Below are positions 37,127 to 50,507 of a stretch of DNA of 64,000 nucleotides, piece after piece; the stretch's first letter is position 1; each line of letters starts with the position of its first letter. A program made the translations under genes and the position numbers. Source of the DNA: Eledone cirrhosa (Eukaryota); NCBI GenBank assembly GCA_964016885.1, contig OZ024742.1, positions 277,326,001 through 277,390,000 on the forward strand, read 5' to 3'. The notes under the pieces are model-generated. The model had not been told where the DNA came from. It saw only the letters and a program-made list of their open reading frames with translations, and did no database searches.

Positions 37127-38139
37127 GTACATATACTTTTTATCTATGAAAGAACAAAATTTTAGATTTTTACACACATTCTCTCTTAGATGTTCAACAT
37201 ATCTTTCCATAACGATCGGTCAATTGTTAGCACTACACATGGCAACTACCATTTTCATCTGGCATTCTAGCATATTTAATTCTTTCCATTTTACCGTCGT
37301 CCCATCTCTGGCAACTAAACAATCTCTCGTTTCGTTCATCTCAAAAATATTAATTCATGTTTGCACACACAAAGCTAAACTCAAAGCCTCAGCTCGAGCC
37401 AGCGCGGCTGGACCGAGGGGACGCCATGACAATCTTCCCATTCCGTGACGGTAGGCCACACGTCTCTCTTGCTACACGATGTGGCACCTTCTCTAGCGGC
37501 AGCATGCTGCGTCCAGCTGCCAGCTTAGTATCCGCTCTTTGCCACGCCGAAGATGGGAAACTGTCCGAGTATCGGCCGCTTTCTTATATGTTTGTGGTAG
37601 AGCGAGTAGCAGTGGAGACTACCAGTGTTCTTGACGCCTAGACAACGGCCCCCGCTCATGGCCATCGGAGCTGAGTTGGGTGAGCGAAGTTGCAAGTCTC
37701 CCCCAGTTTGATTGGCTCTACCAGCTCGTCTCCGTCACCGTCCTCCCAGGCAATATATTCTTCATCCTGTCGGTACGAAGAGGTGCAGGGTATGATAGTT
37801 TCCACCTCATATTTCTCTTCTGCTGCCTAGATATTTCTTCCTAGACATATGTTACCGAAAGTTTTCAGAGTAATCGAAAGCAACAGCTGATTTTTGATTT
37901 CATAAAAACGACAACGACGATATCAACATATGAGAAGAATACATTTGGAAAGGTTGATTGGTGGTAAGTATTTCCGTTGGACATGCAAAATTATTGCCGA
38001 CGTATAGTGTTGAAATATTGCACAAGTTTACTGATTAATGAAACAATGTTTCGACTAATATTATCATCACTATTTAAATTGTGATAAGGACGCTTACAAA
38101 TTGTTAGAAGAAGCAAAGAATGGAGTAAAACAATTAGAG

Positions 38140-38211
38140 TTCCCATGCCGGGAATCGAACCCGGGCCGGCTGGGTGAAAGCCAGGAATCCTAACCACTAG
38201 ACCACATTGGA
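38140..38211 (-). tRNA. trnE: tRNA-Glu(TTC), C4A+G43C allele (unit 29)
   Basis: Two stem mismatches. Confidence 0.8.
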
Positions 38212-38392
38212 AGCCATTGCTGAAATGAGGAAATATTACACTTTTAAATGTGACAATATATTAATAAACTGTAGAAACTTCTATATATTTATAGAAGCAG
38301 GCATAACATGACAGGCACGGTTTTCATTCATAGATAAATATCACTAGCGATTTCTTCAATACGTTGCTTTACTAAAGGTCACCACCTATACA

Positions 38393-38464
38393 TCCTCGGT
38401 AGTATAGTGGTAAGTATCCCCGCCTGTCACGCGGGAGACCGGGGTTCGATTCCCCGCCGGGGAG
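38393..38464 (+). tRNA. trnD: tRNA-Asp(GTC) (unit 29)
   Basis: Consensus copy. Confidence 0.95.
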
Positions 38465-39478
38465 GTACATATACTTTTTATCTATGAAAGAACAACATTT
38501 TAGATTTTTACACACACACTCTCTCTTAGATGTTCAACATATCTTTCCATAACGATCGGTCAATTGTTAGCACTACACATGGCAACTACCATTTTCATCT
38601 GGCATTCTAGCATATTTAATTCTTTCCATTTTACCGTCGTCCCATCTCTGGCAACTAAACAATCTCTCGTTTCGTTCATCTCAAAAATATTAATTCATGT
38701 TTGCACACACAAAGCTAAACTCAAAGCCTCAGCTCGAGCCAGCGCGGCTGGACCGAGGGGACGCCATGACAATCTTCCCATTCCGTGACGGTAGGCCACA
38801 CGTCTCTCTTGCTACACGATGTGGCACCTTCTCTAGCGGCAGCATGCTGCGTCCGGCTGCCAGCTTAGTATCCGCTGTTTGCCATGCCGAAGATGGGAAA
38901 CTGTCCGAGTATTGGCCGCTTTCTTATATGTTTGTGGTAGAGCGAGTAGCAGTGGAGACTACCAGTGTTCTTGACCCCTAGACAACGGCCCCCGCTCATG
39001 GCCATCGGAGCTGAGTTGGGTGCGCGAAGTTGCAAGTCTCCCCCAGTTTGATTGGCTCTACCAGCTCGTCTCCGTCACCGTCCTCCCAGGCAATATATTC
39101 TTCATCCTGTCGGTACGAAGAGGTGCAGGGTATGATAGTTTCCACCTCATATTTCTCTTCTGCTGCCTAGATATTTCTTCCTAGACATATGTTACCGAAA
39201 GTTTTCAGAGTAATCGAAAGCAACAGCTGATTTTTGATTTCATAAAAACGACAACGACGATATCAACATAAGAGAAGAATACATTTGGAAAGGTTGATTG
39301 GTGGTAAGTATTTCCGTTGGACATGCAAAATTATTGCCGACGTATAGTGTTGAAATAATGCACAAGTTTACTGATTAATGAAACAATGTTTCGACTATTA
39401 CATCATCACTATTTAAATTGTGATAAGGACGCTTACAAATTGTTAGAAGAAGCAAAGAATGGATTAAAACAATTAGAG

Positions 39479-39550
39479 TTCCCATGCCGGGAATCGAACC
39501 CGGGCCGCCTGGGTGAAAGCCAGGAATCCTAACCACTAGACCACATGGGA
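39479..39550 (-). tRNA. trnE: tRNA-Glu(TTC) (unit 30)
   Basis: Consensus copy. Confidence 0.95.
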
Positions 39551-39731
39551 AGCCATTGCTGAAATGAGGAAATAGTACACTTTTAAATGTGACAATATAT
39601 TAATAAACTGTAGAAACTTCTATATATTTATAGAAGCAGGCATACCATGACAGGCACGGTTTTCATTCATAGATAAATATCACTAGCGATTTCTTCAATA
39701 CGTTGCTTTACTAAAGGTCACCGCCTATACA

Positions 39732-39803
39732 TCCTCGGTAGTATAGTGGTAAGTATCCCCGCCTGTCACGCGGGAGACCGGGGTTCGATTCCCCGCCGGG
39801 GAG
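39732..39803 (+). tRNA. trnD: tRNA-Asp(GTC) (unit 30)
   Basis: Consensus copy. Confidence 0.95.
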
Positions 39804-40817
39804 GTACATATACTTTTTATCTATGAAAGAACAAAATTTTAGATTTTTACACACACACTCTCTCTTAGATGTTCAACATATCTTTCCATAACGATCGGTC
39901 AATTGTTAGCACTACACATGGCAACTACCATTTTCATCTGGCATTCTAGCATATTTAATTCTTTCCATTTTACCGTCGTCCCATCTCTGGCAACTAAACA
40001 ATCTCTCGTTTCGTTCATCTCAAAAATATTAATTCATGTTTGCACACACAAAGCTAAACTCAAAGCCTCAGCTCGAGCCAGCGCGGCTGGACCGAGGGGA
40101 CGCCATGACAATCTTCCCATTCCGTGACGGTAGGCCACACGTCTCTCTTGCTACACGATGTGGCACCTTCTCTAGCGGCAGCATGCTGCGTCCAGCTGCC
40201 AGCTTAGTATCCGCTGTTTGCCACGCCGAAGATGGGAAACTGTCCGAGTATTGGCCGCTTTCTTATATGTTTGTGGTAGAGCGAGTAGCAGTGGAGACTA
40301 CCAGTGTTCTTGACCCCTAGACAACGGCCCCCGCTCATGGCCATCGGAGCTGAGTTGGGTGAGCGAAGTTGCAAGTCTCCCCCAGTTTGATTGGCTCTAC
40401 CAGCTCGTCTCCGTTACCGTCCTCCCAGGCAATATATTCTTCATCCTGTCGGTACGAAGAGGTGCAGGGTATGATAGTTTCCACCTCATATTTCTCTTCT
40501 GCTGCCTAGATATTTCTTCCTAGACATATGTTACCGAAAGTTTTCAGAGTAATCGAAAGCAACAGCTGATTTTTGATTTCATAAAATCGACAACGACGAT
40601 ATCAACATATGAGAAGAATACATTTGGAAAGGTTGATTGGTGGTAAGTATTTCCGTTGGACATGCAAAATTATTGCCGACGTATAGTGTTGAAATATTGC
40701 ACAAGTTTTCTGATTAATGAAACAATGTTTCGATTATGACATCATCACTATTTAAATAGTGATAAGGACGCTTACAAATTGTTCAAAGAAGCAAAGAATG
40801 GAGTAAAGCAATTAGAG

Positions 40818-40889
40818 TTCCCATGCCGGGAATCGAACAAGGGCCACCTGGGTGAAAGCCAGGAATCCTAACCACTAGACCACATGGGA
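40818..40889 (-). tRNA. trnE: tRNA-Glu(TTC), T-stem-broken allele (unit 31)
   Basis: G51T/G52T/C44T; T3 terminator. Confidence 0.75.
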
Positions 40890-41070
40890 ATCCATTGCTG
40901 AAATGAGGAAATAGTACACTTTTAAATGTGACAATATATTAATAAACTGTAGACACTTCTATATATTTATAGAAGCAGGCATAACATGACAGGCACGGTT
41001 TTCATTCATAGATAAATATCACTAGCGATTTCTTCAATACGTTGCTCTACTAAAGGTCACCACCTATACA

Positions 41071-41142
41071 TCCTCGGTAGTATAGTGGTAAGTATCCCCG
41101 CCTGTCACGCGGGAGACCGGGGTTCGATTCCCCGCCGGGGAG
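41071..41142 (+). tRNA. trnD: tRNA-Asp(GTC) (unit 31)
   Basis: Consensus copy. Confidence 0.95.
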
Positions 41143-42154
41143 GTACATATACTTTTTATCTATGAAAGAACAAAATTTTAGATTTTTACACACATTCTCT
41201 CTTAGATGTTCAACATATCTTTCCATAACGATCGGTCAATTGTTAGCACTACACATGGCAACTACCATTTTCATCTGGCATTCTAGCATATTTAATTCTT
41301 TCCATTTTACCGTCGTCCCATCTCTGGCAACTAAACAATCTCTCGTTTCGTTCATCTCAAAAATATTAATTCATGTTTGCACACACAAAGCTAAACTCAA
41401 AGCCTCAGCTCGAGCCAGCGCGGCTGGACCGAGGGGACGCCATGACAATCTTCCCATTCCGTGACGGTAGGCCACACGTCTCTCTTGCTACACGATGTGG
41501 CACCTTCTCTAGCGGCAGCATGCTGCGTCCAGCTGCCAGCTTAGTATCCGCTCTTTGCCACGCCGAAGATGGGAAACTGTCCGAGTATCGGCCGCTTTCT
41601 TATATGTTTGTGGTAGAGCGAGTAGCAGTGGAGACTACCAGTGTTCTTGACGCCTAGACAACGGCCCCCGCTCATGGCCATCGGAGCTGAGTTGGGTGAG
41701 CGAAGTTGCAAGTCTCCCCCAGTTTGATTGGCTCTACCAGCTCGTCTCCGTCACCGTCCTCCCAGGCAATATATTCTTCATCCTGTCGGTACGAAGAGGT
41801 GCAGGGTATGATAGTTTCCACCTCATATTTCTCTTCTGCTGCCTAGATATTTCTTCCTAGACATATGTTACCGAAAGTTTTCAGAGTAATCGAAAGCAAC
41901 AGCTGATTTTTGATTTCATAAAAACGACAACGACGATATCAACATATGAGAAGAATACATTTGGAAAGGTTGATTGGTGGTAAGTATTTCCGTTGGACAT
42001 GCAAAATTATTGCCGACGTATAGTGTTGAAATATTGCACAAGTTTTCTGATTAATGAAACAATGTTTCGATTATGACATCATCACTATTTAAATAGTGAT
42101 AAGGACGCTTACAAATTGTTCAAAGAAGCAAAGAATGGAGTAAAGCAATTAGAG

Positions 42155-42226
42155 TTCCCATGCCGGGAATCGAACCCGGGCCACCTGGGTGAAAGCCAGG
42201 AATCCTAACCACTAGACCACATGGGA
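42155..42226 (-). tRNA. trnE: tRNA-Glu(TTC), C44T with intact T-stem and T3 terminator (unit 32)
   Basis: GAACCCGGGCCACCTGG on +. Confidence 0.93.
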
Positions 42227-42407
42227 ATCCATTGCTGAAATGAGGAAATAGTACACTTTTAAATGTGACAATATATTAATAAACTGTAGACACTTCTATA
42301 TATTTATAGAAGCAGGCATAACATGACAGGCACGGTTTTCAATCATAGATAAATATCACTAGCGATTTCTTCAATACGTTGCTCTACTAAAGGTCACCAC
42401 CTATACA

Positions 42408-42479
42408 TCCTCGGTAGTATAGTGGTAAGTATCCCCGCCTGTCACGCGGGAGACCGGGGTTCGATTCCCCGCCGGGGAG
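42408..42479 (+). tRNA. trnD: tRNA-Asp(GTC) (unit 32)
   Basis: Consensus copy. Confidence 0.95.
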
Positions 42480-43490
42480 TACATACACTTTTTATCTATG
42501 AAAGAACAAAATTTTAGATTTTTACACACATTCTCTCTTAGATGTTCAACATATCTTTCCATAACGATCGGTCAATTGTTAGCACTACACATGGCAACTA
42601 CCATTTTCATCTGGCATTCTAGCATATTTAATTCTTTCCATTTTACCGTCGTCCCATCTCTGGCAACTAAACAATCTCTCGTTTCGTTCATCTCAAAAAT
42701 ATTAATTCATGTTTGCACACACAAAGCTAAACTCAAAGCCTCAGCTCGAGCCAGCGCGGCTGGACCGAGGGGACGCCATGACAATCTTCCCATTCCGTGA
42801 CGGTAGGCCACACGTCTCTCTTGCTACACGATGTGGCACCTTCTCTAGCGGCAGCATGCTGCGTCCAGCTGCCAGCTTAGTATCCGCTGTTTGCCACGCC
42901 GAAGATGGGAAACTGTCCGAGTATTGGCCGCTTTCTTATATGTTTGTGGTAGAGCGAGTAGCAGTGGAGACTACCAGTGTTCTTGACCCCTAGACAACGG
43001 CCCCCGCTCATGGCCATCGGAGCTGAGTTGGGTGAGCGAAGTTGCAAGTCTCCCCCAGTTTGATTGGCTCTACCAGCTCGTCTCCGTCACCGTCCTCCCA
43101 GGCAATATATTCTTCATCCTGTCGGTACGAAGAGGTGCAGGGTATGATAGTTTCCACCTCATATTTCTCTTCTGCTGCCTAGATATTTCTTCCTAGACAT
43201 ATGTTACCGAAAGTTTTCAGAGTAATCGAAAGCAACAGCTGATTTTTGATTTCATAAAAACGACAACGACGATATCAACATATGAGAAGAATACATTTGG
43301 AAAGGTTGATTGGTGGTAAGTATTTCCGTTGGACATGCAAAATTATTGCCGACGTATATTGTTGAAATATTGCACAAGTTTACTGATTAATGAAACAATG
43401 TTTCGACTATTACATCATCACTATTTAAATTGTGATAAGGACGCTTACAAATTGTTAGAAGAAGCAAAGAATGGAGTAAAACAATTAGAG

Positions 43491-43562
43491 TTCCCATGCC
43501 GGGAATCGAACCCGGGCCGCCTGGGTGAAAGCCAGGAATCCTAACCACTAGACCACATGGGA
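43491..43562 (-). tRNA. trnE: tRNA-Glu(TTC) (unit 33)
   Basis: Consensus copy. Confidence 0.95.
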
Positions 43563-43743
43563 AGCCATTGCTGAAATGAGGAAATAGTACACTTTTAAAT
43601 GTGACAATATATTAATAAACTGTAGAAACTTCTATATATTTATAGAAGCAGGCATACCATGACAGGCACGGTTTTCATTCATAGATAAATATCACTAGCG
43701 ATTTCTTCAATACGTTGCTTTACTAAAGGTCACCGCCTATACA

Positions 43744-43815
43744 TCCTCGGTAGTATAGTGGTAAGTATCCCCGCCTGTCACGCGGGAGACCGGGGTTCGA
43801 TTCCCCGCCGGGGAG
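43744..43815 (+). tRNA. trnD: tRNA-Asp(GTC) (unit 33)
   Basis: Consensus copy. Confidence 0.95.
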
Positions 43816-44829
43816 GTACATATACTTTTTATCTATGAAAGAACAAAATTTTAGATTTTTACACACACACTCTCTCTTAGATGTTCAACATATCTTTCCA
43901 TAACGATCGGTCAATTGTTAGCACTACACATGGCAACTACCATTTTCATCTGGCATTCTAGCATATTTAATTCTTTCCATTTTACCGTCGTCCCATCTCT
44001 GGCAACTAAACAATCTCTCGTTTCGTTCATCTCAAAAATATTAATTCATGTTTGCACACACAAAGCTAAACTCAAAGCCTCAGCTCGAGCCAGCGCGGCT
44101 GGACCGAGGGGACGCCATGACAATCTTCCCATTCCGTGACGGTAGGCCACACGTCTCTCTTGCTACACGATGTGGCACCTTCTCTAGCGGCAGCATGCTG
44201 CGTCCAGCTGCCAGCTTAGTATCCGCTGTTTGCCACGCCGAAGATGGGAAACTGTCCGAGTATTGGCCGCTTTCTTATATGTTTGTGGTAGAGCGAGTAG
44301 CAGTGGAGACTACCAGTGTTCTTGACCCCTAGACAACGGCCCCCGCTCATGGCCATCGGAGCTGAGTTGGGTGAGCGAAGTTGCAAGTCTCCCCCAGTTT
44401 GATTGGCTCTACCAGCTCGTCTCCGTTACCGTCCTCCCAGGCAATATATTCTTCATCCTGTCGGTACGAAGAGGTGCAGGGTATGATAGTTTCCACCTCA
44501 TATTTCTCTTCTGCTGCCTAGATATTTCTTCCTAGACATATGTTACCGAAAGTTTTCAGAGTAATCGAAAGCAACAGCTGATTTTTGATTTCATAAAATC
44601 GACAACGACGATATCAACATATGAGAAGAATACATTTGGAAAGGTTGATTGGTGGTAAGTATTTCCGTTGGACATGCAAAATTATTGCCGACGTATAGTG
44701 TTGAAATATTGCACAAGTTTTCTGATTAATGAAACAATGTTTCGATTATGACATCATCACTATTTAAATAGTGATAAGGACGCTTACAAATTGTTCAAAG
44801 AAGCAAAGAATGGAGTAAAGCAATTAGAG

Positions 44830-44901
44830 TTCCCATGCCGGGAATCGAACAAGGGCCACCTGGGTGAAAGCCAGGAATCCTAACCACTAGACCACATGGG
44901 A
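44830..44901 (-). tRNA. trnE: tRNA-Glu(TTC), T-stem-broken allele (unit 34)
   Basis: G51T/G52T/C44T; T3 terminator. Confidence 0.75.
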
Positions 44902-45082
44902 ATCCATTGCTGAAATGAGGAAATAGTACACTTTTAAATGTGACAATATATTAATAAACTGTAGACACTTCTATATATTTATAGAAGCAGGCATAACATG
45001 ACAGGCACGGTTTTCATTCATAGATAAATATCACTAGCGATTTCTTCAATACGTTGCTCTACTAAAGGTCACCACCTATACA

Positions 45083-45154
45083 TCCTCGGTAGTATAGTGG
45101 TAAGTATCCCCGCCTGTCACGCGGGAGACCGGGGTTCGATTCCCCGCCGGGGAG
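45083..45154 (+). tRNA. trnD: tRNA-Asp(GTC) (unit 34)
   Basis: Consensus copy. Confidence 0.95.
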
Positions 45155-46167
45155 GTACATATACTTTTTATCTATGAAAGAACAAAATTTTAGATTTTTA
45201 CACACATTCTCTCTTAGATGTTCAACATATCTTTCCATAACGATCGGTCAATTGTTAGCACTACACATGGCAACTACCATTTTCATCTGGCATTCTAGCA
45301 TATTTAATTCTTTCCATTTTACCGTCGTCCCATCTCTGGCAACTAAACAATCTCTCGTTTCGTTCATCTCAAAAATATTAATTCATGTTTGCACACACAA
45401 AGCTAAACTCAAAGCCTCAGCTCGAGCCAGCGCGGCTGGACCGAGGGGACGCCATGACAATCTTCCCATTCCGTGACGGTAGGCCACACGTCTCTCTTGC
45501 TACACGATGTGGCACCTTCTCTAGCGGCAGCATGCTGCGTCCAGCTGCCAGCTTAGTATCCGCTCTTTGCCACGCCGAAGATGGGAAACTGTCCGAGTAT
45601 CGGCCGCTTTCTTATATGTTTGTGGTAGAGCGAGTAGCAGTGGAGACTACCAGTGTTCTTGACGCCTAGACAACGGCCCCCGCTCATGGCCATCGGAGCT
45701 GAGTTGGGTGAGCGAAGTTGCAAGTCTCCCCCAGTTTGATTGGCTCTACCAGCTCGTCTCCGTCACCGTCCTCCCAGGCAATATATTCTTCATCCTGTCG
45801 GTACGAAGAGGTGCAGGGTATGATAGTTTCCACCTCATATTTCTCTTCTGCTGCCTAGATATTTCTTCCTAGACATATGTTACCGAAAGTTTTCAGAGTA
45901 ATCGAAAGCAACAGCTGATTTTTGATTTCATAAAAACGACAACGACGATATCAACATATGAGAAGAATACATTTGGAAAGGTTGATTGGTGGTAAGTATT
46001 TCCGTTGGACATGCAAAATTATTGCCGACGTATAGTGTTGAAATATTGCACAAGTTTACTGATTAATGAAACAATGTTTCGACTAATATTATCATCACTA
46101 TTTAAATTGTGATAAGGACGCTTACAAATTGTTAGAAGAAGCAAAGAATGGAGTAAAACAATTAGAG

Positions 46168-46239
46168 TTCCCATGCCGGGAATCGAACCCGGGCCGGCTG
46201 GGTGAAAGCCAGGAATCCTAACCACTAGACCACATTGGA
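46168..46239 (-). tRNA. trnE: tRNA-Glu(TTC), C4A+G43C allele (unit 35)
   Basis: Two stem mismatches. Confidence 0.8.
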
Positions 46240-46420
46240 AGCCATTGCTGAAATGAGGAAATATTACACTTTTAAATGTGACAATATATTAATAAACTGT
46301 AGAAACTTCTATATATTTATAGAAGCAGGCATAACATGACAGGCACGGTTTTCATTCATAGATAAATATCACTAGCGATTTCTTCAATACGTTGCTTTAC
46401 TAAAGGTCACCACCTATACA

Positions 46421-46492
46421 TCCTCGGTAGTATAGTGGTAAGTATCCCCGCCTGTCACGCGGGAGACCGGGGTTCGATTCCCCGCCGGGGAG
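46421..46492 (+). tRNA. trnD: tRNA-Asp(GTC) (unit 35)
   Basis: Consensus copy. Confidence 0.95.
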
Positions 46493-47506
46493 GTACATAT
46501 ACTTTTTATCTATGAAAGAACAACATTTTAGATTTTTACACACACACTCTCTCTTAGATGTTCAACATATCTTTCCATAACGATCGGTCAATTGTTAGCA
46601 CTACACATGGCAACTACCATTTTCATCTGGCATTCTAGCATATTTAATTCTTTCCATTTTACCGTCGTCCCATCTCTGGCAACTAAACAATCTCTCGTTT
46701 CGTTCATCTCAAAAATATTAATTCATGTTTGCACACACAAAGCTAAACTCAAAGCCTCAGCTCGAGCCAGCGCGGCTGGACCGAGGGGACGCCATGACAA
46801 TCTTCCCATTCCGTGACGGTAGGCCACACGTCTCTCTTGCTACACGATGTGGCACCTTCTCTAGCGGCAGCATGCTGCGTCCGGCTGCCAGCTTAGTATC
46901 CGCTGTTTGCCATGCCGAAGATGGGAAACTGTCCGAGTATTGGCCGCTTTCTTATATGTTTGTGGTAGAGCGAGTAGCAGTGGAGACTACCAGTGTTCTT
47001 GACCCCTAGACAACGGCCCCCGCTCATGGCCATCGGAGCTGAGTTGGGTGCGCGAAGTTGCAAGTCTCCCCCAGTTTGATTGGCTCTACCAGCTCGTCTC
47101 CGTCACCGTCCTCCCAGGCAATATATTCTTCATCCTGTCGGTACGAAGAGGTGCAGGGTATGATAGTTTCCACCTCATATTTCTCTTCTGCTGCCTAGAT
47201 ATTTCTTCCTAGACATATGTTACCGAAAGTTTTCAGAGTAATCGAAAGCAACAGCTGATTTTTGATTTCATAAAAACGACAACGACGATATCAACATAAG
47301 AGAAGAATACATTTGGAAAGGTTGATTGGTGGTAAGTATTTCCGTTGGACATGCAAAATTATTGCCGACGTATAGTGTTGAAATAATGCACAAGTTTACT
47401 GATTAATGAAACAATGTTTCGACTATTACATCATCACTATTTAAATTGTGATAAGGACGCTTACAAATTGTTAGAAGAAGCAAAGAATGGATTAAAACAA
47501 TTAGAG

Positions 47507-47578
47507 TTCCCATGCCGGGAATCGAACCCGGGCCGCCTGGGTGAAAGCCAGGAATCCTAACCACTAGACCACATGGGA
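47507..47578 (-). tRNA. trnE: tRNA-Glu(TTC) (unit 36)
   Basis: Consensus copy. Confidence 0.95.
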
Positions 47579-47759
47579 AGCCATTGCTGAAATGAGGAAA
47601 TAGTACACTTTTAAATGTGACAATATATTAATAAACTGTAGAAACTTCTATATATTTATAGAAGCAGGCATACCATGACAGGCACGGTTTTCATTCATAG
47701 ATAAATATCACTAGCGATTTCTTCAATACGTTGCTTTACTAAAGGTCACCGCCTATACA

Positions 47760-47831
47760 TCCTCGGTAGTATAGTGGTAAGTATCCCCGCCTGTCACGCG
47801 GGAGACCGGGGTTCGATTCCCCGCCGGGGAG
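47760..47831 (+). tRNA. trnD: tRNA-Asp(GTC) (unit 36)
   Basis: Consensus copy. Confidence 0.95.
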
Positions 47832-48845
47832 GTACATATACTTTTTATCTATGAAAGAACAAAATTTTAGATTTTTACACACACACTCTCTCTTAGATGT
47901 TCAACATATCTTTCCATAACGATCGGTCAATTGTTAGCACTACACATGGCAACTACCATTTTCATCTGGCATTCTAGCATATTTAATTCTTTCCATTTTA
48001 CCGTCGTCCCATCTCTGGCAACTAAACAATCTCTCGTTTCGTTCATCTCAAAAATATTAATTCATGTTTGCACACACAAAGCTAAACTCAAAGCCTCAGC
48101 TCGAGCCAGCGCGGCTGGACCGAGGGGACGCCATGACAATCTTCCCATTCCGTGACGGTAGGCCACACGTCTCTCTTGCTACACGATGTGGCACCTTCTC
48201 TAGCGGCAGCATGCTGCGTCCAGCTGCCAGCTTAGTATCCGCTGTTTGCCACGCCGAAGATGGGAAACTGTCCGAGTATTGGCCGCTTTCTTATATGTTT
48301 GTGGTAGAGCGAGTAGCAGTGGAGACTACCAGTGTTCTTGACCCCTAGACAACGGCCCCCGCTCATGGCCATCGGAGCTGAGTTGGGTGAGCGAAGTTGC
48401 AAGTCTCCCCCAGTTTGATTGGCTCTACCAGCTCGTCTCCGTTACCGTCCTCCCAGGCAATATATTCTTCATCCTGTCGGTACGAAGAGGTGCAGGGTAT
48501 GATAGTTTCCACCTCATATTTCTCTTCTGCTGCCTAGATATTTCTTCCTAGACATATGTTACCGAAAGTTTTCAGAGTAATCGAAAGCAACAGCTGATTT
48601 TTGATTTCATAAAATCGACAACGACGATATCAACATATGAGAAGAATACATTTGGAAAGGTTGATTGGTGGTAAGTATTTCCGTTGGACATGCAAAATTA
48701 TTGCCGACGTATAGTGTTGAAATATTGCACAAGTTTTCTGATTAATGAAACAATGTTTCGATTATGACATCATCACTATTTAAATAGTGATAAGGACGCT
48801 TACAAATTGTTCAAAGAAGCAAAGAATGGAGTAAAGCAATTAGAG

Positions 48846-48917
48846 TTCCCATGCCGGGAATCGAACAAGGGCCACCTGGGTGAAAGCCAGGAATCCTAAC
48901 CACTAGACCACATGGGA
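48846..48917 (-). tRNA. trnE: tRNA-Glu(TTC), T-stem-broken allele (unit 37)
   Basis: G51T/G52T/C44T; T3 terminator. Confidence 0.75.
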
Positions 48918-49098
48918 ATCCATTGCTGAAATGAGGAAATAGTACACTTTTAAATGTGACAATATATTAATAAACTGTAGACACTTCTATATATTTATAG
49001 AAGCAGGCATAACATGACAGGCACGGTTTTCATTCATAGATAAATATCACTAGCGATTTCTTCAATACGTTGCTCTACTAAAGGTCACCACCTATACA

Positions 49099-49170
49099 TC
49101 CTCGGTAGTATAGTGGTAAGTATCCCCGCCTGTCACGCGGGAGACCGGGGTTCGATTCCCCGCCGGGGAG
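49099..49170 (+). tRNA. trnD: tRNA-Asp(GTC) (unit 37)
   Basis: Consensus copy. Confidence 0.95.
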
Positions 49171-50182
49171 GTACATATACTTTTTATCTATGAAAGAACA
49201 AAATTTTAGATTTTTACACACATTCTCTCTTAGATGTTCAACATATCTTTCCATAACGATCGGTCAATTGTTAGCACTACACATGGCAACTACCATTTTC
49301 ATCTGGCATTCTAGCATATTTAATTCTTTCCATTTTACCGTCGTCCCATCTCTGGCAACTAAACAATCTCTCGTTTCGTTCATCTCAAAAATATTAATTC
49401 ATGTTTGCACACACAAAGCTAAACTCAAAGCCTCAGCTCGAGCCAGCGCGGCTGGACCGAGGGGACGCCATGACAATCTTCCCATTCCGTGACGGTAGGC
49501 CACACGTCTCTCTTGCTACACGATGTGGCACCTTCTCTAGCGGCAGCATGCTGCGTCCAGCTGCCAGCTTAGTATCCGCTCTTTGCCACGCCGAAGATGG
49601 GAAACTGTCCGAGTATCGGCCGCTTTCTTATATGTTTGTGGTAGAGCGAGTAGCAGTGGAGACTACCAGTGTTCTTGACGCCTAGACAACGGCCCCCGCT
49701 CATGGCCATCGGAGCTGAGTTGGGTGAGCGAAGTTGCAAGTCTCCCCCAGTTTGATTGGCTCTACCAGCTCGTCTCCGTCACCGTCCTCCCAGGCAATAT
49801 ATTCTTCATCCTGTCGGTACGAAGAGGTGCAGGGTATGATAGTTTCCACCTCATATTTCTCTTCTGCTGCCTAGATATTTCTTCCTAGACATATGTTACC
49901 GAAAGTTTTCAGAGTAATCGAAAGCAACAGCTGATTTTTGATTTCATAAAAACGACAACGACGATATCAACATATGAGAAGAATACATTTGGAAAGGTTG
50001 ATTGGTGGTAAGTATTTCCGTTGGACATGCAAAATTATTGCCGACGTATAGTGTTGAAATATTGCACAAGTTTTCTGATTAATGAAACAATGTTTCGATT
50101 ATGACATCATCACTATTTAAATAGTGATAAGGACGCTTACAAATTGTTCAAAGAAGCAAAGAATGGAGTAAAGCAATTAGAG

Positions 50183-50254
50183 TTCCCATGCCGGGAATCG
50201 AACCCGGGCCACCTGGGTGAAAGCCAGGAATCCTAACCACTAGACCACATGGGA
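50183..50254 (-). tRNA. trnE: tRNA-Glu(TTC), C44T with intact T-stem and T3 terminator (unit 38)
   Basis: Same allele as unit 32. Confidence 0.93.
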
Positions 50255-50435
50255 ATCCATTGCTGAAATGAGGAAATAGTACACTTTTAAATGTGACAAT
50301 ATATTAATAAACTGTAGACACTTCTATATATTTATAGAAGCAGGCATAACATGACAGGCACGGTTTTCAATCATAGATAAATATCACTAGCGATTTCTTC
50401 AATACGTTGCTCTACTAAAGGTCACCACCTATACA

Positions 50436-50507
50436 TCCTCGGTAGTATAGTGGTAAGTATCCCCGCCTGTCACGCGGGAGACCGGGGTTCGATTCCCCGC
50501 CGGGGAG
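50436..50507 (+). tRNA. trnD: tRNA-Asp(GTC) (unit 38)
   Basis: Consensus copy. Confidence 0.95.
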
